Source: a virus (lineage: Duplodnaviria; Heunggongvirae; Uroviricota; Caudoviricetes). From it: a stretch of 36,774 nucleotides of DNA. The notes below the pieces were generated by a model. The model was not told the origin of the DNA, ran no database searches, and saw nothing but the letters and a program-made list of their open reading frames with translations. Below, piece by piece: positions 1 to 8,265 of the stretch. The position numbers were made by a program, and so were the translations under genes. The stretch lies in the IMG/VR virus record IMGVR_UViG_2778261162_000005. One strand, written 5' to 3'. Every line of letters starts with the position of its first letter. Position 1 is the first letter of the stretch.

Positions 1-73
1 CGGCTGAACCCTGAACAATGCTACCGCCATACTGCGTCATGTCGCCCTGACGCGCCGCCGGTTTTCCGCTCAT
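1..73 (-). CDS. rhsC: Rhs family protein, N-terminal fragment (5' end only; continues beyond window start)
   Basis: Minus-strand ATG at 73-71 with AAGGA about 8 nt upstream; translation MSGKPAARQGDMTQYGGSIVQGSA is the conserved Rhs N-terminus as I recall it; adjacent to ybfA as in E. coli K-12 gene order (recalled). Confidence 0.5.
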   Translation of the reverse strand, partial: MSGKPAARQGDMTQYGGSIVQGSA

Positions 74-261
74 CTGCTCATCCTTGTTTTATCGGGTTAT
101 TTGTCTGCTGACAGGCGAAACCCTACAGATTTATAAGAAAGCCTTAAGTGAGATATCTGTCAGATAAGAACAATTAGGAAAATATTTATATATATTTCAT
201 GAATATATGTTTCGATTGGTATAACGATGTCTAAATATTCCTCTGAACATCTTCCTGATAC

Positions 262-294
262 AAAAAACCGCCAGCGTTTCCGCTGGCGGTTTTC
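262..294. terminator. Bidirectional rho-independent terminator 3' of ybfA
   Basis: AAAAAACCGCCAGCG-TTTC-CGCTGGCGGTTTT: perfect 9-bp GC-rich stem flanked by an A-run and a T-run. Confidence 0.6.
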
Positions 295-315
295 AATGTA
301 TTCAAAACTCAGCAA

Positions 316-522
316 TCAATAAAAATCACCAGTTGCCTTTTCGGCCTGATCCATCCACACCGGTTTATCGCTGGTTTTCGACCAGACGCGATGCAGGTAG
401 CTGTAAAAGCGGGCGCGGTCTTTCCAGAAAAGCATGAAAGGCAGCGCCAGAACGCCCGCTGCAACCGCATAAGTACGGCGTAAAAAGATAAGCCATGCAG
501 GATATTCTCTGTAGAGTTCCAT
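316..522 (-). CDS. ybfA: Small inner-membrane protein YbfA (DUF2517-like)
   Basis: 68-aa [19 protein letters not shown]... with one hydrophobic segment; sits divergently upstream of the kdp operon as in E. coli. Confidence 0.7.
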
Positions 523-699
523 ACTTTTCTCCCCCTTTTGTATCTACCCGGTGAATGGCACCGGAAAAATGAATTTGTTTATCTGATGAAAATAGTACCG
601 CCTTTTGTGTAATTTTACTACTCATCCGACCACTTATTTTTGCTTATTGATGGTTTATTTACATTCATCCTGTAATTAAGTTACACAAAAGTTAAATTA

Positions 700-834
700 A
701 TACTAAACATTAGTTAAATCATGGCTTTTGCCATTTTTATACTTTTTTTACACCCCGCCCGCAGATTTTTGCGAAATCTTTGCAGCCAGAATTCTACCCT
801 TCCGGTATCACTTTTAGGCCACTGGAGGTGCACT
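700..834 (+). promoter_or_regulatory. kdpFABC promoter region with putative KdpE operator
   Basis: AT-rich region directly upstream of kdpF containing T-rich direct repeats CATTTTTATACTTTTTTTTACACCCCGCCCG (about 733-765), which matches my recollection of the KdpE binding site. Confidence 0.45.
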
Positions 835-924
835 GTGAGTGCAGGCGTGATAACCGGCGTATTGCTGGTGTTTTTATTACTGGGTTATCTGGTTTATGCC
901 CTGATCAATGCGGAGGCGTTCTGA
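835..924 (+). CDS. kdpF: Potassium-transporting ATPase subunit F
   Basis: GTG start at 835; 29-aa hydrophobic peptide (M)[28 protein letters not shown]; stop overlaps kdpA start (TGATG). Confidence 0.8.
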
Positions 925-2132
925 TGGCTGCGCAAGGGTTCTTACTGATCGCCACGTTTTTACTGGTGTTAATGGTGCTGGCGCGTCCTTTAGGCAGCGG
1001 GCTGGCGCGGCTGATTAATGACATTCCTCTTCCCGGTACAACGGGCGTTGAGCGCGTACTTTTTCGCGCACTTGGCGTCTCTGACCGTGAGATGAACTGG
1101 AAGCAATATCTTTGTGCCATTCTCGGCCTGAACATGCTGGGGCTGGCGGTGCTGTTTTTTATGTTGCTCGGTCAGCACTATCTGCCGCTTAATCCACAGC
1201 AGTTGCCGGGGCTGTCGTGGGATCTGGCGCTGAATACCGCCGTCAGCTTTGTCACGAATACCAACTGGCAATCTTACAGCGGTGAAACCACGTTGAGCTA
1301 TTTCAGCCAGATGGCTGGCTTAACGGTGCAAAACTTTCTTTCTGCCGCCAGCGGGATTGCGGTGATTTTTGCCCTCATCCGTGCGTTTACCCGCCAGAGC
1401 ATGAGCACACTCGGGAATGCCTGGGTCGATCTGCTACGCATCACGTTATGGGTGCTCGTCCCTGTGGCGTTGTTGATCGCACTGTTTTTTATTCAACAAG
1501 GTGCGCTGCAAAACTTTCAGCCTTATCAGGCTGTGAATACCGTTGAAGGAGCGCAACAGCTGTTACCCATGGGGCCTGTAGCTTCTCAGGAAGCGATCAA
1601 GATGCTCGGTACTAACGGCGGTGGCTTCTTTAATGCCAACTCGTCGCATCCGTTTGAAAACCCAACCGCACTGACCAACTTCGTGCAGATGCTGGCGATC
1701 TTCTTGATCCCAACGGCGCTGTGCTTTGCCTTTGGTGAAGTGACGGGCGATCGCCGCCAGGGGCGCATGTTGCTGTGGGCGATGTCAGTGATTTTTGTCA
1801 TCTGCGTAGGCGTGGTGATGTGGGCAGAAGTTCAGGGTAATCCTCATCTGCTGGCGCTCGGCGCAGACAGCAGCATCAATATGGAAGGTAAAGAGAGCCG
1901 TTTCGGCGTGCTGGTCAGTAGCCTGTTTGCGGTCGTGACTACGGCGGCTTCCTGTGGCGCGGTGATTGCGATGCATGATTCGTTTACCGCTCTCGGTGGC
2001 ATGGTGCCGATGTGGCTGATGCAAATTGGTGAAGTGGTGTTCGGCGGTGTCGGTTCTGGTCTTTACGGCATGATGCTGTTTGTCCTGCTGGCGGTGTTTA
2101 TTGCCGGGCTGATGATTGGTCGTACACCGTGA
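924..2132 (+). pseudogene. kdpA: kdpA (potassium-transporting ATPase subunit A) truncated by prophage insertion; 402 codons retained
   Basis: ATG at 924 overlapping kdpF stop; multi-pass membrane protein [16 protein letters not shown]...MIGRTP then TGA at 2130. Intact KdpA is about 557 aa (recalled) and continues EYLGKK after GRTP; here non-kdp sequence follows. Confidence 0.85.
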
Positions 2133-2136
2133 TCAG

Positions 2137-2176
2137 ACATGAGATAAATGAAGGGGGATCTGTGAGATAAATAACG
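2137..2176. repeat. Terminal direct repeats, putative transposase-binding sites at prophage end
   Basis: ACATGAGATAAATGAAG (2137-2153) and TCTGTGAGATAAATAAC (2160-2176) share TGAGATAAAT.A, spaced 23 bp, beginning 8 nt inside an element end that starts TG. Confidence 0.5.
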
Positions 2177-2325
2177 AATTGGAGTGGGTTAACATGGGTT
2201 CTGGTGAACAGAACTGAAATTCTTTTCCGCTATACGATAGATAAGTCGGGCATTGAAATCATCCTTCCTGGCAACTTAGAATCGAGTTTGCTGAAACATG
2301 ACCCGCAACAAAAAGGATGATTCCA

Positions 2326-2487
2326 ATGACTACTCAAAACAATAAGCATGATAGCCTGGATTACTCAGAAAAGCCCAAAAGCAAGCACATCGTGACGTTC
2401 GAGCGCGATTCCGGTAGAAAAGGAGAATCGTCTTCCTCTGCCAATAAAACCACTATGCCGGCAGCCCCTGCCCCAGGGAAAAAATAA
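2326..2487 (+). CDS. Hypothetical small hydrophilic protein (53 aa)
   Basis: ATG at 2326 with AAGGA 7 nt upstream; MTTQNNKHDSLDYSEKPKSKHIVTFERDSGRKGESSSSANKTTMPAAPAPGKK; below the ORF-track length cutoff; low-complexity, so coding status uncertain. Confidence 0.25.
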   Translation: MTTQNNKHDSLDYSEKPKSKHIVTFERDSGRKGESSSSANKTTMPAAPAPGKK

Positions 2488-2490
2488 ACA

Positions 2491-3123
2491 TCATTCATCG
2501 TTCGTTGCACGAACGCGCCTGATCTCCACTCTGGCAATCTGATCTGCTGGAATATAGGTTGCCAGAGCTCCCCAGTACTTATCAACCACGCCTTTATACT
2601 CTTCCCATTCGTTACTGCCTGAAGGGCTGCTGTGCGTGACGTAAAGAACCATATCGCCTTTATTCCCCAGGGTAAACGGACCGTTAGGCCACTCTTCAAA
2701 GTTCCCTGGCAGCCGTGACATCATACCGGAACCATCGCGAAGAATCACTCTGACCTCGGTAACGCTGAAGCCTGTTTGATCAAACATTGCCTGCCATGCT
2801 GAGCTGGTATCGTCAGACCATGAAATATCATTATTCCACAGTAATCTGTACATCCATTTGCGACCGTACCTGCGCCACCACGCACCGCATGTAACGGCAC
2901 ACAGAAGTGCTGGTGGTGTTGCCAGCCAGGCATTCAGACCTGCCCACATAACAGCCTGGTAAGCCATCATTGCTGTCAGGCCAAAAATCAGCGAAGAAAA
3001 AGTCACCTCAATGGGCTTGTGGTGATCCTTCAGTCCCACATTCGCAATAAAATACCCAATATAGCCACTGGTCAGGGTCACCAGTGTTGCCCATGGCAGA
3101 TTTAACAACGAAACGTCAAACAT
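2491..3123 (-). CDS. Membrane protein with about 3 N-terminal TM helices and a soluble C-terminal domain; unknown function
   Basis: Start taken at internal ATG 3123 (MFDVSLLNLPWATL...) because GGAGA precedes it; hydrophobic N-terminal about 100 aa, soluble C-terminal about 110 aa; lies downstream of the early-operon terminator. Confidence 0.6.
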   Translation of the reverse strand: MFDVSLLNLPWATLVTLTSGYIGYFIANVGLKDHHKPIEVTFSSLIFGLTAMMAYQAVMWAGLNAWLATPPALLCAVTCGAWWRRYGRKWMYRLLWNNDISWSDDTSSAWQAMFDQTGFSVTEVRVILRDGSGMMSRLPGNFEEWPNGPFTLGNKGDMVLYVTHSSPSGSNEWEEYKGVVDKYWGALATYIPADQIARVEIRRVRATNDE

Positions 3124-3161
3124 ATTTTCTCCCTGCATCCTGAATACTAAAGAGAGAGCAT

Positions 3162-3198
3162 AAAAAAAGCACGGTAAGGGGTCTACCGTGCTTTTATA
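3162..3198 (-). terminator. Rho-independent terminator ending the early operon after mor
   Basis: Read on the minus strand: GCACGGTA-loop-TACCGTGC followed by TTTTTTTATG; plus-strand side has TTTTAT as well. Confidence 0.6.
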
Positions 3199-3237
3199 CA
3201 ATAAGGAGATTTTTGAAAGGACTTTAACAAGCAGGAA

Positions 3238-3636
3238 TTATCTGGATTTGTTAACGTCTTTCGTCTCCTCTGGCAGATCTTCATCAAACAACCTGCCCTG
3301 CATCCGATCCAGTTCTTCTTTTCTGACCCGCTTAACCACGCTGTAGACCCACTGAAGCGAAACACCAAACTTGCGGGCCAGTTCGTGGTGGTTGCGTCCG
3401 TTAAACTCCCTGAAGATTTCCCGGTCGCGCTGACTGACCTTCCATACCATGCCCATCGGGAAATAAACGTTTTGCCCGCCCCAGACCTGCATCATTCGGT
3501 TCGCGACGGCCTGACCAATCTGGTCGGCAATTGCGGGCTCAATATCAATAATCTCGCGAACGGTCTCAGAGGTATGCTGTGCCAGCTCCACCAGGAGTTC
3601 CGGCCCTTTACTTCGAAACTGATTCAGGTCGCTCAT
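3238..3636 (-). CDS. mor: Mor/C-family transcriptional activator
   Basis: 132 aa; block QNVYFPMG...RDREIFREFNGRNHHELARKFGVSLQWVYSVVKR matches the recalled Mor pattern (VYIP.G, FNGRN, ELA..YGVS, VY..I.R). Confidence 0.7.
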   Translation of the reverse strand: MSDLNQFRSKGPELLVELAQHTSETVREIIDIEPAIADQIGQAVANRMMQVWGGQNVYFPMGMVWKVSQRDREIFREFNGRNHHELARKFGVSLQWVYSVVKRVRKEELDRMQGRLFDEDLPEETKDVNKSR

Positions 3637-4060
3637 GTTTTACTCCCGCAGCTCTGTGCTGCCACTTCTTCAGTTTCTCAATAACACTGCTTGCCTGTTC
3701 AGTATTGAGCCAGCGCAGGGCGCTGATGCCCGTTTCCCGCTTGATCCACCGCGCTAATGCATTTTCTGAACGGTCACGAACAATGCCGGCAGCAGCCATT
3801 TCAAGCCATAGCGCACGGATTTTCCTGGACTGCGGATGGTTATCCAGCGGTAAACCGGAGCTGGCTTTTCCGGCAGGCTTAACGCGAAAGCCTTTCCTTT
3901 TCATGGATTCCAGCACGCAGTTTAGTTGTGTGGTATCCATTCCTTTGGTTGAGGCTTTACCGGTCAGCCCCTGTAACATCTGGCGGTAGGTGTCTTCATC
4001 CATACCCAGTTCATTACGGGCAATATGAATGAGCTGGATAAGACGTTGTTTAGTCATCAT
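3608..4060 (-). CDS. gemA: GemA-like protein (Mu gp16 / DUF1018 family)
   Basis: Start at ATG 4060 (MMTKQRL...) with AGGAG 5 nt upstream; LIQLIHIARNELGMDEDTYRQMLQGLTGKAS pattern typical of Mu gp16-like proteins; immediately upstream of mor as in Mu. Confidence 0.6.
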   Translation of the reverse strand: MMTKQRLIQLIHIARNELGMDEDTYRQMLQGLTGKASTKGMDTTQLNCVLESMKRKGFRVKPAGKASSGLPLDNHPQSRKIRALWLEMAAAGIVRDRSENALARWIKRETGISALRWLNTEQASSVIEKLKKWQHRAAGVKHERPESVSK

Positions 4061-4265
4061 CGTTGCTCCTTTTACCTGCGCCACCGATATAATCGACATA
4101 TAAAGGAAGCGCCACAGGCCAGCACAGGAACATCACCGACCAGCTAATCCAGTAGCCGGCACCACTGTAACGTGAATAAAACCCTGAACGGCGGTGCAGT
4201 TCAGCAGTACACCAACCGACAAAACAATACCAGAACAGGGCACATACAACAGATTCAGCAGTCAT
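4050..4265 (-). CDS. Small membrane protein (71 aa), hypothetical
   Basis: ATG 4265 preceded by GGGGGGA; MTAESVVCALFWYCFVGW...; two hydrophobic segments; overlaps neighbours by a few nt (translational coupling). Confidence 0.4.
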   Translation of the reverse strand: MTAESVVCALFWYCFVGWCTAELHRRSGFYSRYSGAGYWISWSVMFLCWPVALPLYVDYIGGAGKRSNDDD

Positions 4266-4485
4266 TCTGAATATCCCCCCAACTGATATGAATATTACGG
4301 GCAGCAATGACAGGGTCGTTATTCCACCATGCACCTGACATGTATTTTTCAACCTGTTCGCGTCCGGCAATAACACCAATTGTGATCCCCGGCCTGACGT
4401 TCTTAAAAAAGGCGCGGGCAAAAAGGTATCTGGCAGATATTCGGCAGGCTTTTAATTTCCGGCTGTTACCTGATAGCGTAATCAT
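4255..4485 (-). CDS. Hypothetical early protein (76 aa)
   Basis: ATG 4485 with GGAGG 5 nt upstream and ATGA overlap with the stop of the upstream gene. Confidence 0.45.
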   Translation of the reverse strand: MITLSGNSRKLKACRISARYLFARAFFKNVRPGITIGVIAGREQVEKYMSGAWWNNDPVIAARNIHISWGDIQNDC

Positions 4486-5165
4486 CTGGCCTCCAGTTTC
4501 TGTTGTTCCTGCCCACTGACCGGGCGGTGCAGTCTGACGTTCTGCCCTTCACGAAACCCCGCATAGCGCGAGGCGTCGCCATTGCGGCTTCTTCCCGGTT
4601 GACGCGCCCTGGTGGTTTGCGTTTGCGGGTATTTATGTTCCAGCCACTGTTGCATCAGTTCACGCTCATCATCGGTCAGGGCAAAGGACTGTATTTTACT
4701 GATAACGGCCAGTACCCAGCCTTCAGCAAACTGGTCTCCACGGCTGGTACGGGTGGCGTTTTTTATTCTTTTGTTCTGTGCGCTGATATACTGCTGACGC
4801 GCCTTTTTCAGCTGGCGGACCAGCACTTCCCAGGTGTACGCAGCCAGTGCCGCTCGTTCCCGGTTACCGTAGAACCCCACAGACGGATGCGTGCCGGGGT
4901 GAATGATGGAGTTAACACCAAATGCCTCGCGGATGATGTTCATCAGGCCCAGCATGTAGCGCGGTGGACGGAGACTGCCTGTCGGCCAGTAATGACTGAT
5001 GGTTTCATCAATATCACTCATAGCAATGTCGGAATGTGTGATGCCGTGAACATCCATCAGTTTACGGGCTCGGCGCAGTGCCAGAGCGGCCTCGTGCGGG
5101 TTGCCGGATGCGGCCAGCGCCAGCAACTTTTTCAGTTTCTCAATGTGTTTATTCTGGTCTGTCAT
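4482..5165 (-). CDS. Hypothetical early protein, DUF2786-like N-terminus
   Basis: Start at ATG 5165 (MTDQNKHIEKLKKLLALAASGNPHEAALALRRARKLM...) with GGAGA upstream; N-terminal motif resembles the DUF2786 family common in prophages (recalled). Confidence 0.45.
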   Translation of the reverse strand: MTDQNKHIEKLKKLLALAASGNPHEAALALRRARKLMDVHGITHSDIAMSDIDETISHYWPTGSLRPPRYMLGLMNIIREAFGVNSIIHPGTHPSVGFYGNRERAALAAYTWEVLVRQLKKARQQYISAQNKRIKNATRTSRGDQFAEGWVLAVISKIQSFALTDDERELMQQWLEHKYPQTQTTRARQPGRSRNGDASRYAGFREGQNVRLHRPVSGQEQQKLEAR

Positions 5166-5377
5166 TGTTCTGTATCTCCGGTATTTTTCTGCCGTTTCCA
5201 TGCCCGGACAGCGTCGGACAGCTCTTTCAGGCTGTATGCTGCTTTAAGCTTTTCCCATAACCACTGTGTTGTTATGTGCATCAGCAGGGCAGCCAGGGCT
5301 GCCCCCGCACTGAGGCATGTCGCCAGGCCAGTAAGAATCAGTATCCATGCGGTGATTTCCCTGAGTATGTCAGCCAT
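5162..5377 (-). CDS. Small membrane protein (71 aa), hypothetical
   Basis: ATG 5377 with GGGAGG upstream; one TM segment (WILILTGLATCLSAGAALAALLM). Confidence 0.45.
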   Translation of the reverse strand: MADILREITAWILILTGLATCLSAGAALAALLMHITTQWLWEKLKAAYSLKELSDAVRAWKRQKNTGDTEQ

Positions 5378-5391
5378 TGAATGCCTCCCGG

Positions 5392-5688
5392 TTACTCGTT
5401 CGTGTAAATCACGCCCAGTCGTGCAGCCAGACGTTCCAGTTTTTTCTGTTTGTGGAAGTCAATCAGCCGGTCCATCCCCTGAAGGCGCAATTGCTCTGTC
5501 ATGATTTCCACGTCTGCCAGCTCTGCCGCGAGGTCGCTTTCGCTGCCCTGTCTGTTCAGATTGCGGGCAGCACTGGCCGCCAGTTCAGCGGCCTCTTCTG
5601 TCAGTTTCAGGGCCTGTGCGTCCGGCCCGAAACGCTGCAGGGCCAGACGGTAGAGGGCGGTGCGGGTGAGTATGGTGTTCCGTGTCAT
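5392..5688 (-). CDS. MazG-like nucleotide pyrophosphohydrolase domain protein
   Basis: 98 aa with EEAAEL (E-E-x-x-E) followed 17 residues later by AELAD (E-x-x-D), the all-alpha NTP-PPase signature. Confidence 0.5.
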   Translation of the reverse strand: MTRNTILTRTALYRLALQRFGPDAQALKLTEEAAELAASAARNLNRQGSESDLAAELADVEIMTEQLRLQGMDRLIDFHKQKKLERLAARLGVIYTNE

Positions 5689-5697
5689 GCCGCGCCC

Positions 5698-5970
5698 TCA
5701 GTGCTTCCGGTCAACAATGATGTGCAGGTCGCCTTCTGCAGTGATTTCCATCCGGTACGGCACCTCGTGCTCTGCCGCGTGGGTGAGTGTGTTCACTAGT
5801 ATCTGCAGGGCGGCCTCCTTTCCGTTAGTCGCCACAATGGCCTGCGTGGCCATGCTGATTAACGCCGTCAGGGCGCACATGATATCGGTGAGGTCACGGC
5901 ATTCACACTCGTTGAGATACCGTTCAACAAGGGCGCGGGTGCGCTGATGTGCTTCCTGTGGGGTAATCAT
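5698..5970 (-). CDS. Hypothetical early protein (90 aa)
   Basis: ATG 5970 with GGGAGG upstream; ATGA overlap with the upstream gene stop. Confidence 0.4.
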   Translation of the reverse strand: MITPQEAHQRTRALVERYLNECECRDLTDIMCALTALISMATQAIVATNGKEAALQILVNTLTHAAEHEVPYRMEITAEGDLHIIVDRKH

Positions 5971-6161
5971 TGCGCTTCCTCCCTGTCAGGGCGGGAGAAT
6001 TCCATAACGGGCACATCTGCCGAAAAATGCTGACTGCAGTACGGACAGACCAGGGTGACGCGTACTGCAGGTACGTGGTATTTACCGGACATCACGGCGA
6101 TGGCGCTGTGAAAACGCAGGGCTGTTATATCCCTCTCGCACTGAATACATTTAAATATCAT
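5967..6161 (-). CDS. Small Cys-rich (zinc-ribbon-like) protein
   Basis: 64 aa with CIQC...CPYC pairs; GAGGAGAA upstream of ATG 6161. Confidence 0.45.
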   Translation of the reverse strand: MIFKCIQCERDITALRFHSAIAVMSGKYHVPAVRVTLVCPYCSQHFSADVPVMEFSRPDREEAQ

Positions 6162-6258
6162 AATTTAATTCTCCTCTGTTTCCGGCGTGCAGAAGCCCAC
6201 GGCGCTGACGCCGGAATAAAAAAGAAAATGTTTTTATTAAATAATTAACGTGGTGTGT

Positions 6259-6789
6259 TTACTGCACATCCTGCTCAAAAGGAATTATTGAAAAATCCTC
6301 AATATCACTTTTTATGGTAATGCCGGGAATATTTTTCACGGCCTCTTTTTCATTCAGAATGGCATCTTTATTTATTTCCTCTTTTACACGAATAAAGCGC
6401 TCAAGCCCCAGACGTCTCAGTAGTTCAATAACATTATCCGCTCCACGGATACTGACTGATGGCGGACGGTTTCGCCATTGCACCTCGCCGGTGGTGAGGT
6501 TAGCGAACTTCACCTTCCCGTTGCCGGTCAGTTCATCACGGTGTGCCTCACACCATGTCTGGATACCGGACTGCAGTTCTGACATGCGTTTTTTCAGGCT
6601 CTCGGTGAGCGGGGCATAACGTGCGGTGATATCGCCAATGGCGTCATTCATTTCTGTTTCAGCCCTGACCAGTTCACGTTGTGCGTCACCGAGCAGTCTG
6701 ATGCCCTCAATGACCTCTTCGCGTGTCCCCGGTACCCAGAGTGCCGCTGCGGACTTGATACGTTTTGCCCCTTTTGTACTTTTTGCCAT
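6259..6789 (-). CDS. gam: Host-nuclease inhibitor protein Gam (Mu Gam family)
   Basis: 176 aa; MAKSTKGAKRIKSAAALWVP...RPPSVSIRG...GITIKSDIEDFSIIPFEQ closely parallels Mu Gam as recalled. Confidence 0.85.
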   Translation of the reverse strand: MAKSTKGAKRIKSAAALWVPGTREEVIEGIRLLGDAQRELVRAETEMNDAIGDITARYAPLTESLKKRMSELQSGIQTWCEAHRDELTGNGKVKFANLTTGEVQWRNRPPSVSIRGADNVIELLRRLGLERFIRVKEEINKDAILNEKEAVKNIPGITIKSDIEDFSIIPFEQDVQ

Positions 6790-6816
6790 ATTTTATGATT
6801 TCTCCGGTTGTGCTGA

Positions 6817-7086
6817 TTACCACAAAGATTCCGGCCACACGACGCGACAGCCGTGCAGTTCGAAAACGCCCTGACGGAAATGTCCCCTGTGGTCATGACC
6901 GGTATACAGATAACTGGCTTTCCCCTGTTCAAGCATGCGCATGCAATGCGCACTCCGGGAAACGCGGATGACAGGTTTATTGCCCCTGATGGTGATGCTT
7001 TGTACATCCGTGTTCGTTGCCATAAGCGCCATAATGGCTGACTGCACTTTGCTGATTTGCTGGTTGATACCTGTGATGGATTTCAT
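6817..7086 (-). CDS. Hypothetical early protein (89 aa), same position as Mu kil
   Basis: ORF directly downstream of the B-like gene; no recognisable motif; positional analogy only. Confidence 0.35.
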   Translation of the reverse strand: MKSITGINQQISKVQSAIMALMATNTDVQSITIRGNKPVIRVSRSAHCMRMLEQGKASYLYTGHDHRGHFRQGVFELHGCRVVWPESLW

Positions 7087-7088
7087 TA

Positions 7089-8255
7089 TTAAACCCCTTT
7101 GACAACGTCAGCGTTGACCTGTGGAACCCCGATTTCAGCGGCCAGATTCATGGCGGCTATCACCAGGTTACTGACGGCCAGCGGATACAGCAGGCTGACC
7201 CTGTTTTTACGATGACTTCCCGGATTGCTCAGGCGGGCACGTATGGCATCCACTGCGCCGGCGTCCATAATGTCCGTCAGTTGTTTACCGGCCCGTTGCA
7301 GTTTGAACGTCAGAAACTCTTCAAGGTTATTGTCGAGAGGCAGAAGTTCGACCACCTCACAGCGCTGAACGACTTCACGGACTTCCATATTGCGTTCAGA
7401 CAGTTTTGTCGCCAGTTCCGGCTGGCCAATCAGCACGATGGACAGCAGTTTTTTGAAACCGGACTCCAGCTCAAAAAAGCGTTTGAGGTGTTTCAGTGTC
7501 GGAACGGGCAGACTGTGGGCTTCCTCAATCACCAGAACGTGGCTGAACCCCGCCTGGCGGCTGTCTTTCAGGACGCGATGCAGCTGGCGAAAGCGGGCGT
7601 CCTGACTGCGTCTGATGCTTTCCAGTGGTGCGATGGTACTGATAATGGCTTCGGCAATCGCTGCTGCCTTCAGGGTTTTCCCTTTCACATCGTTGTCTTC
7701 CATGGCGATGACGTATGGCTCGATAATAATTACCGGCGCATTCTCGCGGTTGATACGTTCAGTCAGGTCACGGCGCAGCGTGGATTTACCCGCACCGGAC
7801 TCACCGATGACAGCCATAAACCCGCCATGACGGGCTGTCTGGTACAGCGCCTCACGCACGTAGCGAATGTCCGGGGTGGTGAACACATCATCAGAACCCT
7901 GCATGGCTTCGTCGGCGAACGGGTCACGGAAAAGACCAAACGCTTTTTTGGTTGCTGGAAATAACACCTGTTTTTTGAGTAACATATTCTCTTCCTCACT
8001 GAGGCTCGTTTTATCTGTGGTACCCGCTGTACGGGGCGTGGCCGCGCCCTGTACAGCATCAAAACTCTTCGCTGTATCAATCCCCTGACTTTCCAGCCAG
8101 GACGCAAGACGCCGGCGCACTTCTCCGGGGCTGGTGCGGGGCCACGCGTTATGATTCACAATCTGGGCCAGCGTGGCCTCAGAAACATCGACAGCTCTCG
8201 CCACCACCGCCTGTGGAATACGGGCCTCTTTCAGTTGCTGCTTCAGTACCAGCAT
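7089..8255 (-). CDS. Transposition target-DNA activator, MuB-like AAA+ ATPase
   Basis: Start at ATG 8255 (MLVLKQQ...) with AAGGAGG upstream; Walker A GESGAGKST, Walker B-like HVLVIEEAH; immediately downstream of the transposase. Confidence 0.75.
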   Translation of the reverse strand: MLVLKQQLKEARIPQAVVARAVDVSEATLAQIVNHNAWPRTSPGEVRRRLASWLESQGIDTAKSFDAVQGAATPRTAGTTDKTSLSEEENMLLKKQVLFPATKKAFGLFRDPFADEAMQGSDDVFTTPDIRYVREALYQTARHGGFMAVIGESGAGKSTLRRDLTERINRENAPVIIIEPYVIAMEDNDVKGKTLKAAAIAEAIISTIAPLESIRRSQDARFRQLHRVLKDSRQAGFSHVLVIEEAHSLPVPTLKHLKRFFELESGFKKLLSIVLIGQPELATKLSERNMEVREVVQRCEVVELLPLDNNLEEFLTFKLQRAGKQLTDIMDAGAVDAIRARLSNPGSHRKNRVSLLYPLAVSNLVIAAMNLAAEIGVPQVNADVVKGV

Positions 8256-8265
8256 GTTTCCCTCC

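Noticed and set aside
780-923. 5' extension of the kdpA ORF (MQPEFYP...)
   Set aside because: Overlaps kdpF in another frame; the kdpA start at 924 overlaps the kdpF stop (TGATG) and gives the expected N-terminus.
2491-3201. Longer 236-aa version of the terminal membrane protein
   Set aside because: The upstream 26 codons overlap the early-operon terminator hairpin; the internal ATG at 3123 has a GGAGA RBS.
4503-5504. 333-aa plus-strand ORF across the early region
   Set aside because: Antisense to four tightly coupled minus-strand genes that have proper RBSs; no RBS of its own; Ala/Arg/Pro-rich composition typical of antisense reads in GC-rich coding DNA.
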